Shown here piece after piece: positions 38,090 to 47,669 of a stretch of 64,000 nt of DNA. Position numbers and translations under genes: made by a program. The notes below the pieces were generated by a model that saw nothing but the letters and a program-made list of their open reading frames with translations, was not told the DNA's origin and made no database searches. The stretch covers positions 30,731-94,730 of the forward strand of contig CAYYIS010000008.1 of the NCBI GenBank assembly GCA_964470965.1, given 5' to 3'. This DNA comes from an uncultured Gemmatimonadota bacterium. GTDB taxonomy: Bacteria; JAAXHH01; JABIQT01. The stretch's first letter is position 1. Each line of letters starts with the position of its first letter.

Positions 38090-39460
38090 TTAAAACGTGG
38101 CTAACCGATTAAGAAGTCTACCATAAGCTGTCAGTCCGCGCCTGAAGCTTCTTATTCTGAAATATTCATTGGGGGCGTGAATATTTTCATCTTCCAGGCA
38201 GAACCCGAACATCACGGTATATACACCAAGGGTGTTCAGGAAAAGGGTGCAGATCGGAAGGCTCCCCCCGAGTCTCACGTAATAGGGATCTTTGCCGTAC
38301 ACTCCTTTTAAAACATCATGCGCTGCCCGGTTGCCGGGATGGTCGCCCGCCATTGAATATGGATATGCATGGCTTGACAACCGCCGAACCGTGGCGGAAA
38401 CCCCCGCCGGCGTATGAGAGGCTATATGCTGCTCGATGGCATCCATTACCTGTTCCGGGGTCTGATCGGCTACGAGCCGACACGTAATTTTAGCATGCGC
38501 CTCCGACGGCAGCACTGCCTTGACGCCATCACCCTGAAAGCCGCCCCAGATCCCGTTAATCTCAAGTGTGGGCCGCGCCCAAGCCCGTTCATAGGTCGTG
38601 TAATCCGCTTCTCCGTAAACATCATCAATACCGACCTGCGCTTTATAGTGTGTCTCATCGTACGGTACGGCAGCGATCTGACTTCTGTCTTCATCAGATA
38701 AAGGTTGGACGTTTTCATAAAATCCGTCTACCGCGATGCGCCCGTCCTTGCTTCGCATGGTGTCAAGCACGTGTACCAGAGCATGCAATGGATTTTGTAC
38801 GGCGCCACCGAAAATACCGGAATGCAGGTCACTATCCGGACCTTTCAGATCGATCTGAAGCGCACAGATACCTTTGAACCCTAGGAATAAAGCGGGTTGA
38901 TCCTCCCGCCACTGCAGTCCATCCGCACTGATCACGAGGTCACAGGTCAGAAGTTCTTTATGCTTTTCAATAAACTGAGGAATCTGAGGGCTGCCTATTT
39001 CCTCCTGGCCTTCGAACATAAAGACCACGTTCACCGGCAACACCCCTTCGGAATTGAGAAGCGCCTCTACCGCCAGAATTGGGATCAGCATATTGCCCTT
39101 GTCGTCAGAAGCGCCGCGGGCGAAAATACATTCATTCTTAATAACAGGCTCGAACGGCGGTTGATCCCATGCGTCGGACGGATCCGCCGGTTGTGTATCG
39201 AAATGGCCGTAGATGAGGATCGTCGGCTTGTCACCCGCATGCTTCCATTCACCTACCACCACCGGATGTCCGCCTGTAGGCAGAATGCTTACCTCCTCGA
39301 TGCCTGCTCTTTCCATACGGGCTGCCACCCATACGGCAGCTCTCTGGATATCATCCGCGTGTTCCGGCAGACTCGACACGCTCGGGATCCGTAGAAAATC
39401 CATCAATTCGTCGATATATTGTGTGTGATGTTCCCGGAGATAGGTTTCCCAGGCAGACAT
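38090..39460 (-). CDS. M20-family metallopeptidase (dipeptidase / ArgE-DapE-CPG2-like)
   Basis: 456 aa. 'GHFDTQP', 'ARGASDDKG' and 'EGQEEIGS' metal-binding motifs. Confidence 0.8.
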   Translation of the reverse strand: MSAWETYLREHHTQYIDELMDFLRIPSVSSLPEHADDIQRAAVWVAARMERAGIEEVSILPTGGHPVVVGEWKHAGDKPTILIYGHFDTQPADPSDAWDQPPFEPVIKNECIFARGASDDKGNMLIPILAVEALLNSEGVLPVNVVFMFEGQEEIGSPQIPQFIEKHKELLTCDLVISADGLQWREDQPALFLGFKGICALQIDLKGPDSDLHSGIFGGAVQNPLHALVHVLDTMRSKDGRIAVDGFYENVQPLSDEDRSQIAAVPYDETHYKAQVGIDDVYGEADYTTYERAWARPTLEINGIWGGFQGDGVKAVLPSEAHAKITCRLVADQTPEQVMDAIEQHIASHTPAGVSATVRRLSSHAYPYSMAGDHPGNRAAHDVLKGVYGKDPYYVRLGGSLPICTLFLNTLGVYTVMFGFCLEDENIHAPNEYFRIRSFRRGLTAYGRLLNRLATF

Positions 39461-39636
39461 GGTAAGGCTCCTCGAATTATGATCAGAACATGATGGGATG
39501 AATACCGGATGTCAAGCGGGATTTTGGGTATTGCTGGGCGAATATCTATCCAGGGTTGACGTTCCGTCCGGTTCAGTTATATTCTGTTCACAATTTATCC
39601 CTTCCGGCAAGCCCACACACAACTCGGAGGCCCTCG

Positions 39637-40482
39637 GTGAAACTTGCATTCTATAACAATTATACACTTGGTGTCATAGATGACGGAAACATCATGGATG
39701 CATCTGCCGCCGTCTCCGATATCACGCCATGCAACCCGCAGGCGTTGCTGGAAACGGTCATCGGAAACTGGGATACCTACGGTGCGCGTATCGCGGATGC
39801 GACACAGGGACAGAGTGGTGTATCGCTCGATAGCGTGACACTGGGCCCGCCGGTTCCACGACCGGGGCAGCTGGTCTGCCTGGCCGGTAATTTTATCGAA
39901 CCTGCAGTACCGAACAGAGGAAATTTCAATGCATTCCTTAAATCAAATACTTCGGTAATGGGCCAGAATGCCGTCGTCGAGCTGCCTGCGGCTGAGGCAA
40001 CCGTTTTCCACTTCGAACCTGAACTGGCGATCGTGATCGGCAGACGGGCAAGTAAGTTGTCCGCCGATGAAGCGCTGGACCATGTGTTCGGGTATGTGCA
40101 GTTCCTCGACGTTTCAGCCAGAGGATTGCCGGGGGGGTTCTTCCTGGGCAAAAGCTGGCATACCTTCGGGCCCATGGGACCGGCGCTGGTGACCGCCGAC
40201 GAGGTAGGCGACGCCAACCAGTTATCGGCAAAGATGTGGGTCAACGACACTTTGAAGCACGATTTCAACACCAACCAGATGGCCCGTTACATTCCCGAAC
40301 TTCTGGCAGAAGTAACTAACGTACTGACACTGGAACCTGGCGATGTGGTACCTACCGGAACGCACCACCACGCTCTTTCGCCTATCCAGAATGGTGACAG
40401 TATAACATTCGATGTAGAAAAATTGGGGCCCGCTCTGACGCTTACTGTAAAAGACGAGCAGGGAAGGACCTGGGAACGGTAG
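39637..40482 (+). CDS. Fumarylacetoacetate hydrolase (FAH) family protein
   Basis: 'FEPELAIVIGRRA' and 'GDVVPTGT' FAH motifs. GTG start at 39637 with a GGAGG Shine-Dalgarno 6 nt upstream; the longer ATG-initiated ORF from 39556 has no RBS. Confidence 0.7.
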   Translation: MKLAFYNNYTLGVIDDGNIMDASAAVSDITPCNPQALLETVIGNWDTYGARIADATQGQSGVSLDSVTLGPPVPRPGQLVCLAGNFIEPAVPNRGNFNAFLKSNTSVMGQNAVVELPAAEATVFHFEPELAIVIGRRASKLSADEALDHVFGYVQFLDVSARGLPGGFFLGKSWHTFGPMGPALVTADEVGDANQLSAKMWVNDTLKHDFNTNQMARYIPELLAEVTNVLTLEPGDVVPTGTHHHALSPIQNGDSITFDVEKLGPALTLTVKDEQGRTWER

Positions 40483-40483
40483 G

Positions 40484-41593
40484 TTAGAACAGGATCCTAT
40501 AAAAATCAGGATAGAACTGCTCCTCGACGAACGATCGGATATCGAGCCCGCCACTCAGGCCACTGGGCTGTACGAAGAATAGCGGATAAATTCGGGTATC
40601 AAGTGCATAAGGATCCACACGTCCGTTGGGGGAGTCCAGGTAGGACACTACAACATAATCCCCAAAATCCGGCAGCTGCATCAGTTGTATAGCGCCCGCT
40701 TTCATACCCAGATCAGAAAGCAGATGTTCAGCCTCCATACGCCCGGAGGCGATTTGCATCAGCAGCGAGATACCGGGCGCCTGTTCCAGGCCGTTCTGAA
40801 CCGCCTCAGTCATAAGGATCGCCTGCATAGTGCCTATGATCTGGTCGTTTTCACGGGGCGCAAATGATATGGCAGTCACATTCGGGGATTCCCAGTGCAC
40901 CGCATACAATTGTGTTGTCGCCTCCTGACGCAACAGAAACGCTAGACCGATACTCACGAGGGACAAGAGGAACCAGGCCGCCAGCGCCCTGGTGCGCCGC
41001 GGTGGTTTCCAGCCCCGCGCGCGGGCAGGCGAACGGAACGGGTTGAACATCGAAATCCGCGCCATATAGCGCTCACTGTCCTTACCGTATTTTCCTCGAA
41101 TCACTTCCTCTTCATGCCGCGCCAGCAGGTAATAAAGACCAAGCATCATCAGAAACGTCAACAGCACGAAGAAGCGAGGCCACATCAGCAGAAATCCCAG
41201 TCCGGAGATCGATAGGCAGAGATACTGTGGATGACGGACCCGGGCATACAACCCGCTGTTCACCAAAAGCCTTTTAACGAATTTCCCATAGTAGAGCTGT
41301 ACCGCACATGCCAGAAACCCCAGGAGTCCGATTCCGGCAAGCGGCGGTCCCAGATACGAGAGAGCGAGGAACAGTTGGTTTTTCGATTGGGCCAGGTGGG
41401 GTAAAAAAAACTGTGGTAGCCATGCAGTAGATTCAAAAAGAGTAAATGCGTGGATGATCGGCGTATACACGCTGTAAAAATACGCCGCGAACGGTGTCAC
41501 CATGATGATGACTTCAAGCGCACTCACAACATAGATGAGGATAGCAGGCAACCAGTGCCACTGAAAATGGTCGGAGGTGGGATTTTTCTTCAT
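40484..41593 (-). CDS. Isoprenylcysteine carboxyl methyltransferase (ICMT/PEMT) family membrane methyltransferase with a C-terminal extension
   Basis: 369 aa. 'VNSGLYARVRHPQYL' is the ICMT/PEMT SAM-binding signature. Multiple TM helices. Confidence 0.6.
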   Translation of the reverse strand: MKKNPTSDHFQWHWLPAILIYVVSALEVIIMVTPFAAYFYSVYTPIIHAFTLFESTAWLPQFFLPHLAQSKNQLFLALSYLGPPLAGIGLLGFLACAVQLYYGKFVKRLLVNSGLYARVRHPQYLCLSISGLGFLLMWPRFFVLLTFLMMLGLYYLLARHEEEVIRGKYGKDSERYMARISMFNPFRSPARARGWKPPRRTRALAAWFLLSLVSIGLAFLLRQEATTQLYAVHWESPNVTAISFAPRENDQIIGTMQAILMTEAVQNGLEQAPGISLLMQIASGRMEAEHLLSDLGMKAGAIQLMQLPDFGDYVVVSYLDSPNGRVDPYALDTRIYPLFFVQPSGLSGGLDIRSFVEEQFYPDFYRILF

Positions 41594-41601
41594 TGGGCCT
41601 G

Positions 41602-42570
41602 CTACTTCTTCAGCTCATAGTGCACGGATTTCCGGTGGTCACCACCGATTTGCTCCAGCACTGTTTTCGGGACTTTGCAAACCATGGTATACGCCGGATC
41701 GTACACATTTCCCACGTCGTATTCCACGCATTGACCGAGCAGCGTGTGGGCACCCACCGGGTCCAGTCCGTAGCCGTCCTGAAGCCATCGGGCCATCTCA
41801 GTGGTAGCATGCTGCAGCGCCTGATCGAGAGGACGTGCATTACCAGCCGTAAAGATGTAATCCTCGTTCTCGCCGCGCGGCCATCCAATCTTCATGCCTT
41901 TCAGAAGGCGAAAAGTTAGTTGTACGTCGAATGAGATCTCAATCCCGTTCCCGACGATTTCACCATCACCCTGCACTGCGTGTCCATCACCCACGTAGAA
42001 CAGTGCCCCGGGAACAAAAACCGGAAAATACACGGTTACACCCTCTACAAACCCCCTATAATCCATATTGCCGCCGTTCGTACCCGAGGTGGCGGTAGAA
42101 ATAGCCTGCCCTCTCGGCGGAGCGACCCCGAAACAGCCCAGCATGGGCGCCATCGGAAGCTTGAGGCGCCCGATACCCGTATCTTCTGGTGTAGTCAAGG
42201 TAACCCTGCGGTTCTCGAGATCCATTTCCCAGAAACAACTGTAGTCCTGCTGTGGCAGGTCACGGGTCAGTTGTATGACGTAATCGGGGTCGAGCACGCT
42301 GGGCGCCACCAAGGGAGAAGTAAATCCCCGTTGACGATTGGGTACCAGGGAATCGAGATGTACGGCCAGGGTATCACCGGGTTCTGCTCCGTCGATGTAA
42401 AAAGGTCCGGTCTGCGGATTACCTCGCTCTGTGACTGTTTCGCCTGTGTGGTCCTGGCCACGGGCATCCACCGTGGTGGTGACGAGTGTGTCACCATCGA
42501 CAACATGCAGGACCGGCTCATGGGAACCGAGTGTCGTATAATAATGTGTCGGTTCGAATCGATGGATCAT
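41602..42570 (-). CDS. Acetamidase/formamidase (FmdA/AmdA) family amidohydrolase
   Basis: 322 aa. 'GPFYIDGAEPGDTL', 'GGNMDYR' and 'GDGHAVQGDGEI' motifs of the FmdA_AmdA family. Confidence 0.75.
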   Translation of the reverse strand: MIHRFEPTHYYTTLGSHEPVLHVVDGDTLVTTTVDARGQDHTGETVTERGNPQTGPFYIDGAEPGDTLAVHLDSLVPNRQRGFTSPLVAPSVLDPDYVIQLTRDLPQQDYSCFWEMDLENRRVTLTTPEDTGIGRLKLPMAPMLGCFGVAPPRGQAISTATSGTNGGNMDYRGFVEGVTVYFPVFVPGALFYVGDGHAVQGDGEIVGNGIEISFDVQLTFRLLKGMKIGWPRGENEDYIFTAGNARPLDQALQHATTEMARWLQDGYGLDPVGAHTLLGQCVEYDVGNVYDPAYTMVCKVPKTVLEQIGGDHRKSVHYELKK

Positions 42571-42707
42571 GTGACCTCTGGTATCTTAATAGGAATTTGA
42601 TTCCGAAATCGATGACTACTATAGAGGCATGCCCTCCAGGGGTCAAGAGAAAAGCGGACTTCTACAGTAATAGAAATCTTTGAGTCGAGGCACCTTGAAT
42701 CTTTACC

Positions 42708-44654
42708 TTAATACATGTGCACCCGGTGGCCGTTGCCAGGGAACCATATTATATCTACAATATAAAGTAAAAAAATACCCACCGTGTAGCCGGCTATCAT
42801 CCCGACGACAAAGGGTTGTGCCTTTCTATACTGTGTGACGCCGCCGATGCGAAGGAGCAGAACTTTGGCCAGCCAAGCGATAAAGATGGAGAATGCCATA
42901 GTCGGCATGCCCTCTGTAGCGGCCACGGCGTATCCGATCGGATGTAGCGGCCATCCGGGAAACCTGTGATGAATGAAAATCAAAACCCCTCCCACAACAC
43001 TGCCTATGGCCATGAAAAAAAACTCGACACCGGAAAACACTCTTTTATTGTTGAGCCAGGTGACCAGGGTGTTGTAGGATCCGCGGCTACCACCTGGAAA
43101 AGGAGGATCGGTGAATTGCTGCGCGCCGCCGGTAAAGTACCCCAGATACAGCGTGTACAGAACGGTTGTGATCACACCTATTGCCAGCGTTACCGTGATC
43201 ACCCCGAATACGCCGCGCCCTATCCCGCCCATCTGATCTCCGACTTTGCTGACATGCGCCATAGAGCACATTCCGAGGGTCCGCCAATTATGGGAATAGG
43301 CGTTAGAGAGGGCAAGTTGGGTAAGATTCATCGGCGAGATGCTTCCGGATCCGATGGTTGAAACCGTAAAGGCATGCGCATTGTAGGGCAGATCCACGAA
43401 TATCAAACCTGTTTCCGCCACGATACGTGTGATCCCGATGAACATAAGCAGCAATGAACCCATAAGGAAAGCGGCGATTCCCAAAGACATACCGGATGTC
43501 TGCAACCAGGCAAATATAAAAAGCAGACCGAAGAACAGGCAGAATAGGGCGGTCCGGTAACTCAGAAATTCCTTTGAATCATCCACATCCGGTGCCAGAC
43601 CTACGGCTTTTCTCCAGACAAGTGTTAAATGGCGCCGGGCCATCCACAGCGTGAACAGTACGAACACAATAAATCCACCCATATGCTGGGAAGTGGCAAC
43701 CCACGGCGCCCGGGGGACCCCTACCCGTACCATGACACCGGTTTGGAATGTCTTGATAAGGAAAAACAACCAGGTACTGAGCAGCACATTTGTGTGGGTG
43801 AAGAATGCGACACCGGCGGTCAGAAAATTGAACGTGATAGGGACCTCCGGAAACGAGCGCGCCGGTAACAGGTTGTTCTTATACAGTGCGAGGATAGTAA
43901 TTTCGGGTAAAACGTTAAAAAAGCTAAGCATCTGCCAGAAGAGTACTCCAAGGGCGGTTCCGAATCCGATCCAGAACAACCGGTTTCCCGTGATGGCGGG
44001 TAAAAGGCTTTCTTCACGGTCTACCTTTATCATCGCCAGAGGAATCTGCGCCAGTGGAAATACCAACCGTTCGTGTTCGATCCACTGTTTCCGCAGGATG
44101 ACGATCAGGGATGCGCCCACTAGAAATATGGCGAGAAAAAAAAGGCTCCACCAGAACAGGGGGGTAACCCAGAATTGCCAAAGCATCGACTCGCCATCGG
44201 GTAGCCCTTCGTAAAACCAGGCCACAGAGCTGTAGTTAGACACGATGAGCCAGTCCGGTAGGTACTGGAAAAACGTCTCCACCCAGCGGTTTTCAGGTGA
44301 CGCGAAGTAAAGAGGGCCGCTGATGACACCAAGCCAGTATGAACTGAACGCCCACCCCGGAATAGAGGATGCAGTGAAGACCAGAAAAAAAATGATTATA
44401 AGTTCCTGGGGCGATAGGCCACGGCGGGGAGAAAGGAATTTGAATGCAGGATTCAACAAGAAAACCGTCAGCACGAACGGAAACAACGCCGCGATCGGTA
44501 TATGGCTGATCGTGATCAGGGAAGAATTGGCATTGTAGGAGGTGTGTATGGCCCAAATACACGAGAGAATCGAAAGGACAACTCCGATTCCGACAGCACG
44601 GATCGTTAGTCCGGAGGGCACCGTCCTGTGGGTATCAGAGCTGGCGTTGATCAT
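42708..44654 (-). CDS. Large polytopic membrane protein of unknown function (DUF-type, ~15 predicted TM helices)
   Basis: 648 aa from the ATG at 44654, which overlaps the upstream ALDH stop by 1 nt (ATGA coupling). Strongly hydrophobic helical segments throughout; no transporter family recognisable by eye. Confidence 0.55.
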   Translation of the reverse strand: MINASSDTHRTVPSGLTIRAVGIGVVLSILSCIWAIHTSYNANSSLITISHIPIAALFPFVLTVFLLNPAFKFLSPRRGLSPQELIIIFFLVFTASSIPGWAFSSYWLGVISGPLYFASPENRWVETFFQYLPDWLIVSNYSSVAWFYEGLPDGESMLWQFWVTPLFWWSLFFLAIFLVGASLIVILRKQWIEHERLVFPLAQIPLAMIKVDREESLLPAITGNRLFWIGFGTALGVLFWQMLSFFNVLPEITILALYKNNLLPARSFPEVPITFNFLTAGVAFFTHTNVLLSTWLFFLIKTFQTGVMVRVGVPRAPWVATSQHMGGFIVFVLFTLWMARRHLTLVWRKAVGLAPDVDDSKEFLSYRTALFCLFFGLLFIFAWLQTSGMSLGIAAFLMGSLLLMFIGITRIVAETGLIFVDLPYNAHAFTVSTIGSGSISPMNLTQLALSNAYSHNWRTLGMCSMAHVSKVGDQMGGIGRGVFGVITVTLAIGVITTVLYTLYLGYFTGGAQQFTDPPFPGGSRGSYNTLVTWLNNKRVFSGVEFFFMAIGSVVGGVLIFIHHRFPGWPLHPIGYAVAATEGMPTMAFSIFIAWLAKVLLLRIGGVTQYRKAQPFVVGMIAGYTVGIFLLYIVDIIWFPGNGHRVHMY

Positions 44655-46174
44655 TAATCTCCGAACGAGATTCCCTGTGCCAGGGGAAGGTCCGTCGACC
44701 AGTTGATCGTATTCGTCTGTCGGCGCATATAACTTTTCCACGCATCAGATCCGGATTCACGGCCACCGCCGGTCTCCTTCTCACCACCGAACGCACCGCC
44801 GATTTCAGCACCGGAGGTGCCGATATTAACGTTGGCGATACCACAATCGGAACCGGCAGAACCGAGAAAGCGTTCCGCCTGGCGGATGCTGTCAGTGAAT
44901 ATGGCGCTTGAAAGCCCCTGTGGGACGCCGTTGTGAATCTCCACGGCGTCTTCGAGTGCGTCGTATTCCATCAGATACAGAATCGGGGCGAACGTCTCAT
45001 CCTTTACAATATCTGTCTGACCGGGCATCTTGATGATCGTGGGCTCAACGAAGTTCGGCCCGACATCGGCCTTGGCATTCCCACCGGAAAGCACCTCGCC
45101 ACCCTGGGCCTTCGCCTGTTCGATGGCCTTCATCATATCCTCGACCGCACCACCGGTAACCAATGGCCCCATAAGCGTGGCATCGTCGAGCGGGTCTCCG
45201 ATCGGAACCTGTTCGTAGGCGTTGACCAGCCGATCCGTGAGTGTCGGCATGATACTTTTATGGCCGATAATACGGCGTGTAGAAGTACATCTCTGACCCG
45301 CCGTACCTACCGCACCGAAAACAATCCCACGGGTCGCCAATTCCAGGTCCGCTTTTTCAGTGACGATTATAGCGTTGTTACCGCCCAGCTCCAGTATGGT
45401 ACTTCCAAAGCGACCGGCAACAGCGGCTGATACTTTTCTGCCGGTTTGGGTTGAGCCGGTGAAGGAGACTAGTGGTAACCGGGAGTCTTCCAGCATCATA
45501 CTGCCCACATCGCTGCCCCGGCCAATGGTCAGACCAAAGAGGCCATCCAGACCGTGGTCTCCCATGACCCGGTTGCAGAGATGCTGGACTGCGATGGCGG
45601 TCAGCGGCGTCTGACCGCTCGGCTTCCAAACCATAGTGTCGCCACAGACTGCGGCCAGAGCTGCGTTCCAGGACCACACGGCTACCGGAAAATTGAAGGC
45701 CGTGATGATACCTACCACACCGAGCGGATGCCACTGCTCGTACATGCGGTGCAGCGGACGCTCGCTGCCCATGGTCATGCCGTACAACTGCCGGGAGAGA
45801 CCGACGGAGTAGTCACAAATATCTATCATCTCCTGAACTTCTCCCATACCCTCCATCCGGATTTTGCCCATCTCAAGTGATACGAGTTCGCCCAATGGCT
45901 CTTTGTACTCCCGCAGGACATTGCCGAGGTCCCGGACTACCTCGCCGCGTTTGGGGGCCGGCGTCATTCGCCAAGTCTTGAAGCAACCGGCGGCTTTTTC
46001 GACAACCGCATTGTACACATCCGGCGTCGCCTGTCGCACCCCGGCGATCGGCTCACCGTTGGTTGGATTGTAGGAGGTTAAAATCGGCCCTTCGGTGTGG
46101 ATCCAGCCGTCGGGACCGTGGCAGGCCCCGTGATTAATCTCTTCTATATACAGTTTTTCGAGCAGTGCTTTCAT
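44654..46174 (-). CDS. Aldehyde dehydrogenase, ALDH7 (antiquitin / piperideine-6-carboxylate / aminoadipate-semialdehyde dehydrogenase)-like
   Basis: 506 aa. 'VSLEMGKI', 'VDICDYSVGLSR', 'GIITAFNFPVAVW', 'ELGGNNAIIV' and 'GTAGQRCTSTRR' align closely with ALDH7A1. Confidence 0.8.
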   Translation of the reverse strand: MKALLEKLYIEEINHGACHGPDGWIHTEGPILTSYNPTNGEPIAGVRQATPDVYNAVVEKAAGCFKTWRMTPAPKRGEVVRDLGNVLREYKEPLGELVSLEMGKIRMEGMGEVQEMIDICDYSVGLSRQLYGMTMGSERPLHRMYEQWHPLGVVGIITAFNFPVAVWSWNAALAAVCGDTMVWKPSGQTPLTAIAVQHLCNRVMGDHGLDGLFGLTIGRGSDVGSMMLEDSRLPLVSFTGSTQTGRKVSAAVAGRFGSTILELGGNNAIIVTEKADLELATRGIVFGAVGTAGQRCTSTRRIIGHKSIMPTLTDRLVNAYEQVPIGDPLDDATLMGPLVTGGAVEDMMKAIEQAKAQGGEVLSGGNAKADVGPNFVEPTIIKMPGQTDIVKDETFAPILYLMEYDALEDAVEIHNGVPQGLSSAIFTDSIRQAERFLGSAGSDCGIANVNIGTSGAEIGGAFGGEKETGGGRESGSDAWKSYMRRQTNTINWSTDLPLAQGISFGD

Positions 46175-46290
46175 GGGTCTAGATTCCTCAACTGTGGTTG
46201 TGTGAAACTTTATGCTTGCGGAACATTCTATCAGTACAAATAATATGAAAAAATGTCAACTACAAGATCGTATCAAAAGAAAGCGGGCAA

Positions 46291-47571
46291 ATGACGGGAA
46301 AGACAATTTATCAGAATGATCTTGTGGGGATTTTGTCCGAATTCGGGATGGAGAATCACCTCGCAAAGTGGGAAGTTGGTTGGCAGGTCTCATCCCGGTC
46401 TTATCAGGGGAATGCGCTTCACTTCATCCAAGCGGATTATGTAGATGAGCAATGCCGCTTCCTGGGAATGACCGCTGAAATGCGGTCCGAGGTCGTGGCC
46501 GGATCCGAGATGTTTAGGCGCATACCGATGTTAAAACCTCTGCTCTGGCACTGCCATGATCTCGCCTTCCGACAGACAGTCCCGCTTCACCACGGCGTAT
46601 TCCGCAACTGGTCGCCCATTCCCGATGCCGTCGACTCCTGCGCGGCCATGTTCTTTATTTACCTGTTTCTTTCAGGCGTACCCTATACTCTGGCGATGCA
46701 CCAGAATCTGAAGATTCCTCGGCAGGTTTCGGTCGATACTATGCGGGACCTCCTGGTGTGGATTGGTGATGAATTGAGAAAAACGGGACAGTGGGGACTG
46801 GATTTTTCACAGGTCAGTTGGCTCGGCCTGCATTTTACCGGTAACCTGTTCCAGCTGGGTCGGCTACAGTTTGACCGGAACAACTGCTATTATGACTTCC
46901 AGGCGTTCAAGCGGAAGTCCGATGGCCACATCGTCGTTCTGGCCGGTGACGGTCAGCGGTTCCGGAGCGATGGCCAGTTTGACGGCGCCAACGATACGAC
47001 CGACCCCAAGGCCTGGAACGCGGCTTTCCGGTCGACGGACACCGCTGTAACCGGCCACCCGCTCCATCCTGAAGGATACGCACAACATGAAACCGTAGAA
47101 TTACCAACCGCCGAATGGCATCGGGTTCTGGCACCAGGAGATACGACCATCGGCGTGCACATACCGGGTACAGGACCGATGGATTTCGATCAATGCGGCA
47201 ATTCATTCGGCCAGGCGCTGTCGTTCTGGCCAACCCATTTCCCGGAACACCGTGTCCACGCCTTTCTCTGTACCTCATGGCTCCTCGATCCCCAGTTCGA
47301 GCAAACTTTGCAACCGAACAGTAATATCGTTCGCTTTTTAAGGGAATGGTATTTGCTGCCTTTGCCTCATGCCGGTGGCGGGGAAACACTTAGGCGGGTT
47401 TTCGGTGTCCGGGAGGTGGGCGACGATAAGCTGTCCGCATTGTCGCAGAACACGTCGCTCGAACGTGCCGTCGTTCGTCATATCCAGTCAGGCGGCCAAT
47501 GGCGGGGCCACGGAGCGGTCATGTTTCCACACCATATGAACTGGGGTAAACAGGTTTACAGGCAAGGGTGA
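46291..47571 (+). CDS. Hypothetical protein (possibly acyltransferase-like, unconfirmed)
   Basis: 426-aa ORF with good coding character and no motif I can assign. Divergent from the ALDH operon. Confidence 0.3.
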   Translation: MTGKTIYQNDLVGILSEFGMENHLAKWEVGWQVSSRSYQGNALHFIQADYVDEQCRFLGMTAEMRSEVVAGSEMFRRIPMLKPLLWHCHDLAFRQTVPLHHGVFRNWSPIPDAVDSCAAMFFIYLFLSGVPYTLAMHQNLKIPRQVSVDTMRDLLVWIGDELRKTGQWGLDFSQVSWLGLHFTGNLFQLGRLQFDRNNCYYDFQAFKRKSDGHIVVLAGDGQRFRSDGQFDGANDTTDPKAWNAAFRSTDTAVTGHPLHPEGYAQHETVELPTAEWHRVLAPGDTTIGVHIPGTGPMDFDQCGNSFGQALSFWPTHFPEHRVHAFLCTSWLLDPQFEQTLQPNSNIVRFLREWYLLPLPHAGGGETLRRVFGVREVGDDKLSALSQNTSLERAVVRHIQSGGQWRGHGAVMFPHHMNWGKQVYRQG

Positions 47572-47669
47572 GGAGAAGGGATTAAGGAGAAATCGAAACC
47601 CTGCATCCATTCGATCTGGTCTGTAAATTCAATGATATTGTTTTCCATGAACTGATAATGCTTTATCCA

